This document shows positions 29,892-40,464 of a stretch of DNA of 64,000 nucleotides, piece after piece. The position numbers and the translations under genes are program-made. This DNA comes from Methanosarcinales archaeon. Its GTDB lineage: Archaea; Halobacteriota; UBA148; JAUWXC01. Numbering within the stretch: position 1 is the stretch's first letter; each line of letters starts with the position of its first letter. Under the pieces are notes generated by a model. It had not been told where the DNA came from. It ran no database searches and saw only the letters and a list, made by a program, of their open reading frames with translations. Location: contig CP061209.1 in the NCBI GenBank assembly GCA_026016205.1, positions 634,330-698,329 on the forward strand, written 5' to 3'.

Positions 29892-31040
29892 TTACCTCAC
29901 TAAAACGTTCTTAATTCTTTCCAGCCCTTCTGATATGCGCGCCTGCGAGGTTGCATAGGATATCCGCACGTAATTGGCGCCAGATGGCCCGAATGCGCCG
30001 CCGGGAGTAACCGCGACATACGCTTCGTTCAGCAAGCGTTCTGCAACGCTCATTCCATCTCTATACTGGTCAACGTTCACGAACACATAGAACGCGCCCT
30101 TTGGTTTTACGCATTCAAATCCCATTGACTTAAGACCGTTTACCATAAGGTCTCTGCGCGCTCTAAACTCGCTCACCATCCCGGCAATGCAATCCTGCGC
30201 CCCTGTCAGCGCTGCTACCGCGCCATACTGCGCAAAGGATGTTGCACAGCTCGTAGAGTGCTGCTGTATCTTGAGCATGGCATCCAGGATCTCTGGCGGA
30301 GCGGTTGCGTAGCCCAGCCGCCAACCGGTCATCGCATATGCCTTGGAAAAACCATTGACCGTAATCGTTCTCTCATGCATACCATTGAAGGAGGCGATGC
30401 TGATGTGCGCTCCTTCATAAATGATTTTTTCGTATACCTCATCGGAGAGCACGAGTATGTCATGGTCTTTTGCGATATCTGCAATCATCTTGAGCGTGTT
30501 TTCGTCAAAAACTGCCCCGGTTGGATTGCCTGGCGTGTTTAGGATGATTAGTTTGGTTTTGTCAGTGATGAACTCCAAGAAGTTGTCTGGTATAAATCCT
30601 CTTTTCTCATCCGTTCTGACCCATACTGGCTTCGCACATGCAAATTTTACGCAGGACTCATATGAAACCCAGGCAGGGTCGAACAAGATTGCTTCGTCAC
30701 CCTCGTTGAGTATGGAAAGCGCGACTTCAAAAATCGCCTGCTTTGCCCCTGGCGTTACGATGATGTTGTCCACGGATGCGCTAATGCCGTTCTCCTTGAA
30801 TTTATTCGCAATCGCCTCTCTTAATTCGGGTATGCCGGCGCTCGGCGTGTAATGCGTTTTTCCCTCGTCCAGCGCCTTCTTCGCAGCATCCATGATGTGC
30901 TGCGGAGTGGCAAAATCGGGCTCGCCAACGCTGAAGCTGATGACATCCTTTCCAGAACGTTTTAACTTATTCGCCAAGTCTGATATTCTGAGCGTCGCAG
31001 ATTTTTCTATCCTGTTGACCCGTTCTGATGGCATGTTCAC
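29892..31040 (-). CDS. aspC: Aspartate/class I-II PLP-dependent aminotransferase
   Basis: FSVGEPDFATP, NTPGNPTG, and PLP-lysine context GFSKAYAMTGWRLGY. Confidence 0.85.
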   Translation of the reverse strand: MNMPSERVNRIEKSATLRISDLANKLKRSGKDVISFSVGEPDFATPQHIMDAAKKALDEGKTHYTPSAGIPELREAIANKFKENGISASVDNIIVTPGAKQAIFEVALSILNEGDEAILFDPAWVSYESCVKFACAKPVWVRTDEKRGFIPDNFLEFITDKTKLIILNTPGNPTGAVFDENTLKMIADIAKDHDILVLSDEVYEKIIYEGAHISIASFNGMHERTITVNGFSKAYAMTGWRLGYATAPPEILDAMLKIQQHSTSCATSFAQYGAVAALTGAQDCIAGMVSEFRARRDLMVNGLKSMGFECVKPKGAFYVFVNVDQYRDGMSVAERLLNEAYVAVTPGGAFGPSGANYVRISYATSQARISEGLERIKNVLVR

Positions 31041-31456
31041 TCACGCATTCGCTGCACCATCTTTACCGCTGATTCAACCGCCCGCTTCGCATAATCAATG
31101 CGCTCGTGTGCCTCCAGCCTGCTCATTCCAGGACCAGATATGCCCAGCGCAACGGGTTTCTCAAAATCCAGCGATAAATCTGTGATTTTTCTGGATGTTT
31201 GCTGCATGATGACTTCGTCGTGTTCTGTCGTGCCTTCAATAACGCAACCAAGAGCGACGATGGCATCGATATTCTTATCCTTGGCCAATTTCTTCACTGC
31301 CAGGGGCATATCATAAACGCCTGGTACGAGAATGGTTTGCACCACAGATGCACCGAGAAACGCAGCGTGCTCTTTCCCCAGTAATTCCATCTGATGCGTC
31401 AAATCTCTGTTGAATTCCGACACGACAAATCCAAGTCTGATTTTATCCATTTTCAA
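31037..31456 (-). CDS. ribH: 6,7-dimethyl-8-ribityllumazine synthase
   Basis: LGFVVSEFNRDLT, VPGVYDMPLAVKKL and ALGCVIEGTTEHDE. Confidence 0.88.
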   Translation of the reverse strand: MKMDKIRLGFVVSEFNRDLTHQMELLGKEHAAFLGASVVQTILVPGVYDMPLAVKKLAKDKNIDAIVALGCVIEGTTEHDEVIMQQTSRKITDLSLDFEKPVALGISGPGMSRLEAHERIDYAKRAVESAVKMVQRMRE

Positions 31457-31464
31457 TCCTCCTG

Positions 31465-31953
<489 letters not shown>

Positions 31954-31982
31954 TTAAGAGTTTCTTTCCAAAAATGAGATGA

Positions 31983-33107
31983 TTACTTCAGCGCATCTTT
32001 TGCAGCAGCCATGCCACCTTCTGCGTTAACACCGAGTTCAGACAGCGTGGACTCCAATGCCTCCAATGTAGTCAAAATCTCTTTTGTGGACACATTGCCC
32101 ATGTGACCTATCCTGAATATTTTATCTTTGAGATGCGCCTGCCCGCCTGCTATGAGCACTCCTCTTTTCTTCATGCCGCCGCGCAGCTGCTTATCGGTTA
32201 TGCCGTCAGGCATTTTTACTGCCGTAACCGTATTCGAGTACGCGCTGACATCGTTCAAACGCGGGAATAACTGCAGGTTTATTGCATTCATCGCCGTCCT
32301 GACTGCCTCCGCGCACTTCCTATGCCGCTCGATTCTTTCGTGCATGCCCTCTTCCTTCATCATACGAAGCGCTTCATGTAGTCCAAAGAACAGAGACACG
32401 GCTGGAGTATATGGCGTCTGCGCCAGCTCCTTTGCGGCATATTTTCGGTATGCCTGGAGGTTAAGATAGTATGGAGATTTTGCCTTCACACGCCCCCAAG
32501 CTTTTTCGCTGACAGCGAGAGCCGCTAACCCTGGAGGTGCGGCAAGACATTTCTGTGAGCCGACGATGGCAATGTCCACGCCCCATTTGTCCACTGGTAT
32601 ATCCACGCCGCCTATTGAGGAAACACCGTCCATGATGAACAAGGCATCGTACTTCTTGGCCAGCGCTCCAACCTCTTTAGCTGGGTTTAGCATGCCAACC
32701 GAAGTCTCGTTGTGGACCATGGTTATGATTGATGCGCCCTTCTCCAGCGCGCCCTCTACACCGCCTAGTTCTACAGGATTTCCCCAGTAATACTCCATGG
32801 GTATCGGATTTCCATACAGCGCGACGATTTCCTTGAAGCGCTCGCCGAATTTGCCGTTTACAATCGTAACCACATCGTCGCCATCTACAACGTTGCTGAC
32901 TGCTGCTTCCATTCCGGCAGTTCCAGAGCCGCTGAGCACGAAAACATCATTCCTTGTCTGGAAAACCTCTTTCAATATCGCGATACACTCCCCGTATACC
33001 TCCGCAAATTCTGGACTGCGGTGACTGATCATCGGCCTGGACATCGCCTTCAGTACCCTGGAATGCAAAAGCACGGGTCCCGGTATCATCAGCAGTTCTG
33101 AATTCAT
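31983..33107 (-). CDS. Class V PLP-dependent aminotransferase (AGXT / archaeal phosphoserine aminotransferase-like)
   Basis: LMIPGPV, HRSPEF, HNETSVG and SQKCLAAPPG. Start trimmed to MNSELLMIPGP. Confidence 0.8.
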   Translation of the reverse strand: MNSELLMIPGPVLLHSRVLKAMSRPMISHRSPEFAEVYGECIAILKEVFQTRNDVFVLSGSGTAGMEAAVSNVVDGDDVVTIVNGKFGERFKEIVALYGNPIPMEYYWGNPVELGGVEGALEKGASIITMVHNETSVGMLNPAKEVGALAKKYDALFIMDGVSSIGGVDIPVDKWGVDIAIVGSQKCLAAPPGLAALAVSEKAWGRVKAKSPYYLNLQAYRKYAAKELAQTPYTPAVSLFFGLHEALRMMKEEGMHERIERHRKCAEAVRTAMNAINLQLFPRLNDVSAYSNTVTAVKMPDGITDKQLRGGMKKRGVLIAGGQAHLKDKIFRIGHMGNVSTKEILTTLEALESTLSELGVNAEGGMAAAKDALK

Positions 33108-33182
33108 TGTTATGGAATGCGCCCGTAAAGATATAAAAAAGTAACTTATTAAGGCAAACATGAGAATATAAGATGAAAGCAG

Positions 33183-33641
33183 ATGAAAACGAAGTTCGAG
33201 TTCAAAAAGGATGCGTACTCTGCAAAGAAGGAGGCGTTTAAGAAGAGTATAAAGAAGTATGGTCTTGCATGGAAGAAGGGCAGCAGACCGTATACCGGTT
33301 CCTGGACGTCTAAGACCGAGAAATTGTATGCGGAGTGGGATGCCGAGAAAAATACGGGCTTGTTTATTTACGAAGGCAAGAATGCCAATTTTCTGAAGGA
33401 GTTAGGGTCGTTTGTCACATCCATCGGCGGGAAGATGACAAAGGGCTATGTGCCAAGCAAAGAGGATATCGATGCCATTGTAGAGCAAAGACTCAAGTAT
33501 GTAATCCATGAGGGACGATATCCAGTGGCATTAAGGGAAAAAAGCGCCCCAGAGAGTTACATCAAAGCAGCAGTAGCAGATTGGAAGAAACTCAAAGAGG
33601 GAATCAAGGCAGAAGTGGAGAAAGAGATGAAAGAGCGATAG
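33183..33641 (+). CDS. Hypothetical Lys-rich soluble protein
   Basis: 152-aa ORF; no motif recognised. Confidence 0.45.
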   Translation: MKTKFEFKKDAYSAKKEAFKKSIKKYGLAWKKGSRPYTGSWTSKTEKLYAEWDAEKNTGLFIYEGKNANFLKELGSFVTSIGGKMTKGYVPSKEDIDAIVEQRLKYVIHEGRYPVALREKSAPESYIKAAVADWKKLKEGIKAEVEKEMKER

Positions 33642-33683
33642 AAGGGCTTATCTAAGTAGTAGTGATAGATATAGAGGGAGATA

Positions 33684-34085
33684 GTGAGTGACATGCACAA
33701 GGGAAAAGTAGCCATTATTATGGGTTCTGAGTCTGATAGGAAGGTTGCCGAGGATGCCGTACGTGTGCTGGAAGAGCATGTCGTTGCGTATGACGTACAG
33801 GTCATCTCCGCGCACAGGAATCCTACTGCCCTGGATGAGTACATCAAAAAGTCAGATGTAGATGTTTTCATTGCCATTGCCGGGCTCTCCGCCGCACTTC
33901 CTGGCGCCATTGCTTCCAGAACCAAAAAGCCAGTGATAGGCGTGCCCGTTAACGTCAAGTTGGATGGCCTGGATGCGATGCTTTCGATGATGCAGATGCC
34001 TTCTGGCGTTCCAGTGGCGACCGTCGGCATCGATAACGGAAAGAATGCAGCCCACCTAGCACTTAGGATTCTGGGAAAAGTTTAG
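33684..34085 (+). CDS. purE: N5-carboxyaminoimidazole ribonucleotide mutase / AIR carboxylase catalytic subunit
   Basis: [27 protein letters not shown] and [10 protein letters not shown]. Confidence 0.9.
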   Translation: MSDMHKGKVAIIMGSESDRKVAEDAVRVLEEHVVAYDVQVISAHRNPTALDEYIKKSDVDVFIAIAGLSAALPGAIASRTKKPVIGVPVNVKLDGLDAMLSMMQMPSGVPVATVGIDNGKNAAHLALRILGKV

Positions 34086-34444
34086 TCTTTTTTCTCTGCG
34101 ACCTGCTCTAATATTATATCTGTGATTTTGTCGTTGTAACCGATTGGCTCACAGTAGATTATTTCAGCACTGTTAATGGTACTATGGCCCTCTTTGATGC
34201 CGAACGCTTTTGGGATAGTTTCCTTGGTATGTCGCCCGTGTGCGATGAACATTGGAACAACAAACACACGGTTACATTTGATGTTTTGAAGTATTTCTTT
34301 GATGGCCAGCATGTTGTGAAGGGAACATGCATATACATGGCTGAAGATGCCCAGTTCTTGTATGCGCGCGGCATGGTGCCGAACTACATCTTCACTCTCT
34401 CCGTCACTACTTCCATGCCCTACCAACACCAAAATATCGTTCAT
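34082..34444 (-). CDS. cbiX: Small sirohydrochlorin chelatase CbiX(S) (possibly the CfbA nickelochelatase in a methanogen)
   Basis: 120 aa; LVLVGHGSS and [12 protein letters not shown]. Confidence 0.8.
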   Translation of the reverse strand: MNDILVLVGHGSSDGESEDVVRHHAARIQELGIFSHVYACSLHNMLAIKEILQNIKCNRVFVVPMFIAHGRHTKETIPKAFGIKEGHSTINSAEIIYCEPIGYNDKITDIILEQVAEKKD

Positions 34445-34447
34445 GAT

Positions 34448-35713
34448 TTATTCCTTAAGGATGTCACGCATGATTTTGATTGCACAAAGCTCCCCACACA
34501 TGGAACATGCATCGCTGGATGTTTTTCGGCCGCGCCGAATCTTTCTCGCCTTCTCAGGGTCTATTGCAAGATTAAACTGTGCATCCCAGTCGAGGTTTTT
34601 GCGTGCGTGCGCCATCCTATCGTCCCATGTTTTTGCTCTGTCCTTCTGCCCATCCTTGGTTAAATCCGCGACATGCGCTGCAATCTTGGTTACTATGGTG
34701 CCCTCTTTAACATCCTCGATAGTTGGCAGGGCGAGATGTTCTGTTGGGGATACCATGCACAGGAAGTCTGCCCCATACATGCCTGCTACAGCTCCCCCAA
34801 TAGCACCTGTTATATGGTCATAACCTGGCCCTATATCAGTCACAAGTGGGCCTAACAGGTAAAGCGGGGCATAATGCGTTAGACGTTTCATCGCTATTAC
34901 GCTCGCTCCAACATCATCCAATGGAACATGCCCCGGCCCCTCTACAATCGTCTGCACACCTTTACTCCTTGCCCTGCACACAAGCTCGCCGAGCGTGACA
35001 ATCTCAGTAAACTCCGGTGCATCACTGGCATCCGAGATGCATCCAGGCCGCATGCCATCGCCGAGACTGATCGCAACATCATATTCTCTTGCGATTTCCA
35101 GCAGATAATCGTACTCTGCATAGAATGGATTCTCTTGTTCGTGCTGTGCCATCCAGACAACCATGAATGCGCCCCCTCTGGACACGACATCCAAGATGCG
35201 CCGTCTCTTTTTGAGGTGTTCTACAGCGCTTAACGTGACGCCGGCATGGATGGTCATAAAGTCGATGCCATCTGCTGCGTGCTTCCGAACGGCATTGAAC
35301 ATGTCATCAGAATTCATATCTGGGTTCTGTGCAGCTTGGTAAATGGGGACTGAGCCCACCGGCACGCTGACAGCATCGAGAATCCTTCTCCTGATGACGT
35401 TCAGATCGCCGCCAGTTGAAAGGTCCATGACCGCGTCTGCGCCATGTTTTGCCGCCACTAACGCCTTTTTTATCTCCTCTTCCATATCGACGAAATCGAT
35501 GGACGTGCCCACGTTAGTGTTGATTTTAGTGCGCACCAATTCGCCAATGCCAACGGGCATAACATCCCTGGTAGCGCTCTTCAAGATGGCTAATCGTCCA
35601 TCTGCAACCAATCTTCTAACTTTTTGGACGTCGATGCCTTCGGCTTGTGCAACTGCCTCCATTTCTGGCGTTATCTGTCCTCTACTGGCGGTTTCGATTA
35701 AGGTCATCGTCAT
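34448..35713 (-). CDS. thiC: Phosphomethylpyrimidine synthase
   Basis: VGTVPIYQA, TIHAGV, SRGG, GPGHVPL, and the C-terminal CSMCGELCA cluster motif. Confidence 0.92.
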   Translation of the reverse strand: MTMTLIETASRGQITPEMEAVAQAEGIDVQKVRRLVADGRLAILKSATRDVMPVGIGELVRTKINTNVGTSIDFVDMEEEIKKALVAAKHGADAVMDLSTGGDLNVIRRRILDAVSVPVGSVPIYQAAQNPDMNSDDMFNAVRKHAADGIDFMTIHAGVTLSAVEHLKKRRRILDVVSRGGAFMVVWMAQHEQENPFYAEYDYLLEIAREYDVAISLGDGMRPGCISDASDAPEFTEIVTLGELVCRARSKGVQTIVEGPGHVPLDDVGASVIAMKRLTHYAPLYLLGPLVTDIGPGYDHITGAIGGAVAGMYGADFLCMVSPTEHLALPTIEDVKEGTIVTKIAAHVADLTKDGQKDRAKTWDDRMAHARKNLDWDAQFNLAIDPEKARKIRRGRKTSSDACSMCGELCAIKIMRDILKE

Positions 35714-35742
35714 ACCATTTATTTATGTGATATTAATCGCGA

Positions 35743-36420
35743 ATGATTTATCATATGGTCAATGTGCATAAAATTACTGGCTCACATGGGGCAAACGCCT
35801 ATCTGATTGATGCTGAGCATCCAATTTTAGTGGACGTTGGCGCACCCAACATGTCTGACGCGCTGAAAAAGTTTCTGAATCCAACTGATTTAGAGTACAT
35901 CATTCTAACACACTGCCATTATGACCATGCCCTCGGCGCTACCCAGCTGGCAAAACGGACAGGTGCAAGCATCGCAATCCATGAAGAAGACGCGAAGCTG
36001 CTTGGTGATGATTGTGCAACCGCCTCCGCCATCTTTGGAGCGCGTGCACCAAGCATAGAACCAGATATGTTGCTGAAGGGCGGGAAATCGCTTGATTTAG
36101 GTGATATCTCGCTTAGGATAATTCACACACCAGGGCATAGCCCGGGAAGCATCTGCCTTTATGGCTCCGGTCTTCTATTTTCCGGTGACACAATCTTCGT
36201 GGCGGGCGGCATCGGGCGTACGGACTTGGGGGGAGACGCACATGCATTGGTTGATTCAATTAAACTGCTGACAGCGCTAGACGTTGACATTCTCTACCCA
36301 GGACACGGAGACATCACAAATCAGAATGTTAATGCCCAGATCAGAGCATCACTTAAATATGCAAAGATCAATCGTAAAGCCTATAATTCAAAAGGTTTTT
36401 ATGCATTTTGTATAATTTGA
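35743..36420 (+). CDS. MBL-fold metallo-hydrolase
   Basis: THCHYDH, HTPGHSPGS and PGHG motifs. Confidence 0.8.
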   Translation: MIYHMVNVHKITGSHGANAYLIDAEHPILVDVGAPNMSDALKKFLNPTDLEYIILTHCHYDHALGATQLAKRTGASIAIHEEDAKLLGDDCATASAIFGARAPSIEPDMLLKGGKSLDLGDISLRIIHTPGHSPGSICLYGSGLLFSGDTIFVAGGIGRTDLGGDAHALVDSIKLLTALDVDILYPGHGDITNQNVNAQIRASLKYAKINRKAYNSKGFYAFCII

Positions 36421-36490
36421 TATAATCATTAACTGATATTACGTATGATTATAATATCTAGTCTAGTTATCTAGTAAAAAAAGGATGGAG
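36411..36490 (+). promoter_or_regulatory. Candidate promoter/operator region of the mrp operon
   Basis: AT-rich stretch with TATA-like tataatttgatataatc. Imperfect inverted repeat gatataatcat (36419-36429) / atgattataatatc (36445-36458). SD-like ggatggag lies 5 nt before the ATG at 36495. Confidence 0.3.
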
Positions 36491-36494
36491 TTAG

Positions 36495-37016
36495 ATGCGC
36501 TCGCTGAATTGGAATGAGAACATAGCCAGTTTCGCACTGACATTCATCATCTTATTCGCGCTCTGGGCAGCCTTGTCGACATTTTTTGATATTGTGCATT
36601 TATCCTTGGGCCTAATATGCTCTTTTCTCGTGGCATACGTATCTTATGACCTGCTGATACGGCCCGAGGGCACTAAACACGTTTTGGCAGTTATAAAAAC
36701 CGCTGTCAAATCTATTCCATATTCATTCTGGCTTTTAGCGCAAATCATCAAAGCCAATGTCGATGTGGTGATGATTATCCTCAACCCCAGATTGCCGATA
36801 TCCCCTGAAATTGTCAAGTTTGATTCGAAACTGCCGAACGATGTGGCACTCGCCACACTGGCTAACTCAATCACTCTGACCCCGGGGACGTTAACGCTTG
36901 ACATAGACGAGAAAAAGACATACTATGTTCACTGTCTGGCGAAACGGCATGGGGACAGTCTTCTTGAAGGAACAATGCAATCATATGTAGCACGCGTATT
37001 TGGAGGCAAAGAATGA
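36495..37016 (+). CDS. mrpE: Mrp-type cation/proton antiporter subunit E
   Basis: LANSITLTPGTLTLDI is the MnhE signature. Confidence 0.8.
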   Translation: MRSLNWNENIASFALTFIILFALWAALSTFFDIVHLSLGLICSFLVAYVSYDLLIRPEGTKHVLAVIKTAVKSIPYSFWLLAQIIKANVDVVMIILNPRLPISPEIVKFDSKLPNDVALATLANSITLTPGTLTLDIDEKKTYYVHCLAKRHGDSLLEGTMQSYVARVFGGKE

Positions 37017-37279
37017 TCGAACCATTTTTGCTCACAGCACTGCTGCTGGTTTTTGCATCAGTATTATGCCTCTATAGAACTGTTAAAGGGCCAACCGCAC
37101 CTGACAGGATTGTAGCCGTCAATGTGATAGCTACCTGTACGATAGTCGTACACGTTCTCATCGCCTTTATAGGCAATCAACCGATGTTCGTCGACATCGC
37201 CATGACGTATGCGCTCTTGAACTTCCTGGTCACGCTTGTCGCTGCTCGATATCTTGCCACAGGGAGTGTGTTTACATGA
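37013..37279 (+). CDS. mrpF: Mrp-type antiporter subunit F
   Basis: 88 aa, 3 TM; LYRTVKGPTAPDRIVA is typical of MnhF. Confidence 0.8.
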   Translation: MIEPFLLTALLLVFASVLCLYRTVKGPTAPDRIVAVNVIATCTIVVHVLIAFIGNQPMFVDIAMTYALLNFLVTLVAARYLATGSVFT

Positions 37280-37629
37280 GTGTTCTGTTAATTCTTTCAA
37301 CTATTTTCCTCCTCGCGGGGTCTTTCTTCTTCATCGTGGGCTCGATAGGTTTGAACAGGCTGCCAGATGTGTACACGAGATTGCATGCAACGACAAAATG
37401 CGATACTCTCGGGCAGGCGCTGGTGCTGCTTGGCGTAATATTTTATGATGGGGCGACGTTTACGAGCGTGAAGATTTTGCTTATCATTGTATTCGTCTTA
37501 GTAGCGAATCCTACGGCTGCGCATGCTCTGGCAAAAGGTGCATACTTACATGGTGTAAAGCCGTGCGATGTTACGAGTCTTGACATGTACAAAGAAGAGG
37601 CGAAGAGGATAAAGAGGCGATTAAAATGA
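37276..37629 (+). CDS. mrpG: Mrp-type antiporter subunit G
   Basis: GSIGLNRLPDVYTRLHATTKCDTLG is the MnhG signature. Confidence 0.85.
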   Translation: MSVLLILSTIFLLAGSFFFIVGSIGLNRLPDVYTRLHATTKCDTLGQALVLLGVIFYDGATFTSVKILLIIVFVLVANPTAAHALAKGAYLHGVKPCDVTSLDMYKEEAKRIKRRLK

Positions 37630-37871
37630 TTTGGTTGCTCAATATTGCACTTTTGATGCTTTTAGTTGCTACCGCCATTGCGGTAGTCGTTAATAAAGAC
37701 CTGCTCGCTGCAGCGATTACATTTTCTATCTATAGTTTTATCATGGCGATGCTATACACGCAGCTCAACGCTCCTGATGTGGGACTGACGGAGGCTGCTG
37801 TAGGGGCAGGAGCTACGACTGTTCTGTTTATAATAGCCATATCAAAGACGTCCAGGAGGGAAGAAGATTGA
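37626..37871 (+). CDS. DUF4040 / MbhD-like small membrane subunit (equivalent to part of the MrpA C-terminal region)
   Basis: 81 aa; YTQLNAPDVGLTEAAVGAG. Confidence 0.7.
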   Translation: MIWLLNIALLMLLVATAIAVVVNKDLLAAAITFSIYSFIMAMLYTQLNAPDVGLTEAAVGAGATTVLFIIAISKTSRREED

Positions 37872-38134
37872 AGCTTGCCCCCCTTATCGTGGTACTGATT
37901 ATCGGCGCAACGCTCGCCGTAGCGGTGGCAGGCATGCCAGCATTTGGCAGTTCAGATGCACCGGCATACACGCATGTCGCATCAAGGTATCTTGAAAAAG
38001 GCGTCGAGGAGACTGGTGTTGGCAATATAGTAACTGCCATTGTCGTATATTACAGGGGATATGATACATTTGGCGAGGTTACGGTCATATTTACTGCTGG
38101 AGCAGCGGTCATCGCGCTTCTCGGGAGGGAGTAA
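37868..38134 (+). CDS. MbhE-like small membrane subunit (N-terminal piece of MnhB)
   Basis: NIVTAIVVYYRGYDTFGEVTVIF motif. Confidence 0.7.
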   Translation: MKLAPLIVVLIIGATLAVAVAGMPAFGSSDAPAYTHVASRYLEKGVEETGVGNIVTAIVVYYRGYDTFGEVTVIFTAGAAVIALLGRE

Positions 38135-38135
38135 C

Positions 38136-38576
38136 TTGCCAGAGTTGTTCGAGGATGTAATCGTACGAACGATTGCAAGGCTGATGACACCATTCATACA
38201 GTTGTTTGCCCTCTACGTCCTCATGCACGGCCATGCTACACCAGGCGGAGGTTTTCAAGCGGGCGTGATGATGGCGGCCAGTTTTATATTAATTGCCATA
38301 GCACTCGGCTTGCAGGAGGCAAAGGACAGGGTCAAGCAGAAGGCGAGATTGCCCCTGGAAAGCTTCGGTCCTCTGAACTTTGTGGTAATAGGCATCATAT
38401 GCATGGCCTGCGGCGGCTACTATCTACAATATACGACAGTGCCGCTTTTGCCCTCTTTGCAGGCAGTAGGCGCGATCCTGATATCAGCAGTTGAGGTGGG
38501 CATTGGCGTTACGGTCATGGCGATGGTAACAACGATATTCTTCTCCATGGCGGGTGGTAAACATGATACCAGTTGA
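38136..38576 (+). CDS. mrpB: Mrp-type antiporter subunit B (MnhB domain)
   Basis: LMHGHATPGGGFQAGV motif. Start placed at the in-frame TTG (38136) right after the upstream stop, not at the track TTG (38040). Confidence 0.75.
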   Translation: MPELFEDVIVRTIARLMTPFIQLFALYVLMHGHATPGGGFQAGVMMAASFILIAIALGLQEAKDRVKQKARLPLESFGPLNFVVIGIICMACGGYYLQYTTVPLLPSLQAVGAILISAVEVGIGVTVMAMVTTIFFSMAGGKHDTS

Positions 38577-38940
38577 ATTTGAGTTTCTGCTCAGGCATTA
38601 TAACTACTGGACGTCTGTAATCCTTGTTATGATAGGGCTCTACACCATGATCGTGAAGAAGAATCTAATTAAAAAATTCATGGGACTAAACATCGTCGAG
38701 ACTGCCACATTTCTTTTTTACATCTCCATGGGTGATGTGGAAGGGGGGGTTGCACCCGTCATAGTACACGGCGAGCATGCCGCTGAGCACGTGGTATATG
38801 TGAATCCACTGCCATCCGTGCTGATACTCACGGCAATAGTCGTCGCCCTATCTACGACAGCGCTTGCACTTACATTGGCAATCAAAATATACGAAAAATA
38901 TGGAACGCTTAACTCGGAAAGAATTCTGGAGCTGATGTGA
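38554..38940 (+). CDS. mrpC: Mrp-type antiporter subunit C (NuoK-like)
   Basis: 128 aa, 3 TM; GLNIVETATFLFYI and LTAIVVALSTTALALTL. Confidence 0.8.
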   Translation: MVNMIPVEFEFLLRHYNYWTSVILVMIGLYTMIVKKNLIKKFMGLNIVETATFLFYISMGDVEGGVAPVIVHGEHAAEHVVYVNPLPSVLILTAIVVALSTTALALTLAIKIYEKYGTLNSERILELM

Positions 38941-40418
38941 TGAACGTATTATTCCATCTTCCCATCATCGTGATTTTGATACCGTTAACGGCTGCGTACC
39001 TCATGCCGTTAGTGGGACATAAATGGAAAAAATGGTGCAATTCCCTTGCAGTAGTCGCATTGGCTCTTTCTTTTGTGGCGTCACTCGTACTCGCGAGGCT
39101 TGTGCTGGTAAATGGACCCATGCACTATTATATGGCAGGATTTATGCCCCCCTGGGGTATTGAGCTGGTAGTGGATTATCTGGGCGCATACATGTGCGTC
39201 GTCATATCATTTATCACCCTACTAGTCGCATTGTACTCTAAGGAGTACATTACCAAAGAACTGTCAGAACAAAGAAGGCCCCAGTATTATACCCTGCTTT
39301 TGTTGTTAACCGGCTCTATGATGGGCGCCTCGATTACAGGAGACTTATTTAATTTGTTCGTTTGCTTTGAAATCTTATCAATATCATCTTATGCACTTGT
39401 GTCCATCAGCGGAGAGGGTAAAGCGCTCCTTGCAGGTTATAAATACCTGCTAATAGGCGCTATTGCATCCAGCTTCCTACTGCTTGGCATAGGGCACCTG
39501 TATATATCTACCGGCACCCTGAATATGGCGGATATGTTCGTAAGGCTGCCACCTCTCTACAGTTCCTGGACCGTTCTCGCTGCGCTGGCTCTGCTAATCG
39601 TGGGCCTCAGCATAAAAACCGCGTTGTTCCCATTGCACGTATGGCTGCCGGATGCGTATACTAATGCGCCGTGTTCTGTGCCAGTCCTATCAACCCTGGT
39701 TATAAAGGTGGGAGCCGTAGCAATCATCCGGCTCCTATTTAACATATTCCAGCCATCATTTGTCATAAATACAATCCCAATGACGGCTGCCCTCTCATAT
39801 ATAGCAGCAATTGCAATAATTGTGGCCTCGTTATTCGCGATATCTCAAACAGACATCAAAAGGATGTTGGCATACTCGTCTGTGTGCCACGTGGCATACG
39901 TGATACTCGGCATTGGAGTAGGCACGGAACTTGGCTTGACAGGAGGGATGCTGCATATTATCAATCACGCTGTCACAAAAGGATGTTTATTCTTTTGTGC
40001 AGGTGCGATTATCTACAAGACTGGAACAAGGAATATCAGGGAGTTTGGCGGTCTGGGGAGAAAGATGCCGGTTACGATGGGGGCGTTCACCTTGGCTGCG
40101 CTCTCGATGGTAGGCATTCCTCCGACGAATGGATTTATGAGCAAGTTCTACATCGCACTTGCTGCTATGACCGCAGGAAGACCTGAGTGTGCAATCGTTA
40201 TATTATTGAGCAGTTTGCTGAATGCCATATACTTTATAAGGGTGATAAACATCACATACTTTGGCATTCCAGAAGAGGAGATCGAGATTGATGAAGCCCC
40301 GCCCACGATGTTGTATCCAATAGTAATGTTGGCTGCATGCTGCCTGATATTGGGCTTTGGTGTAGAGTTGCCGCTCACGATACTGAGACCTGCGGCTCAA
40401 GTGCTGTTAGGAGTCTAG
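38937..40418 (+). CDS. mrpD: Antiporter-like subunit MrpD/NuoN-M family, copy 1
   Basis: 493 aa, ~14 TM; FPLHVWLPDAY and KRMLAYSSV motifs. Confidence 0.85.
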   Translation: MMNVLFHLPIIVILIPLTAAYLMPLVGHKWKKWCNSLAVVALALSFVASLVLARLVLVNGPMHYYMAGFMPPWGIELVVDYLGAYMCVVISFITLLVALYSKEYITKELSEQRRPQYYTLLLLLTGSMMGASITGDLFNLFVCFEILSISSYALVSISGEGKALLAGYKYLLIGAIASSFLLLGIGHLYISTGTLNMADMFVRLPPLYSSWTVLAALALLIVGLSIKTALFPLHVWLPDAYTNAPCSVPVLSTLVIKVGAVAIIRLLFNIFQPSFVINTIPMTAALSYIAAIAIIVASLFAISQTDIKRMLAYSSVCHVAYVILGIGVGTELGLTGGMLHIINHAVTKGCLFFCAGAIIYKTGTRNIREFGGLGRKMPVTMGAFTLAALSMVGIPPTNGFMSKFYIALAAMTAGRPECAIVILLSSLLNAIYFIRVINITYFGIPEEEIEIDEAPPTMLYPIVMLAACCLILGFGVELPLTILRPAAQVLLGV

Positions 40419-40464
40419 AAAATAAAATATAGCATCAAGGATAACTAATCACGAAGGTGTGTGT

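Noticed and set aside
35714-35742. TPP riboswitch upstream of thiC
   Set aside because: Only 29 nt separate the thiC ATG from the divergent MBL-hydrolase ATG. That is far too short for a ~100-nt THI element, and no conserved CTGAGA/ACCTGA core was seen.
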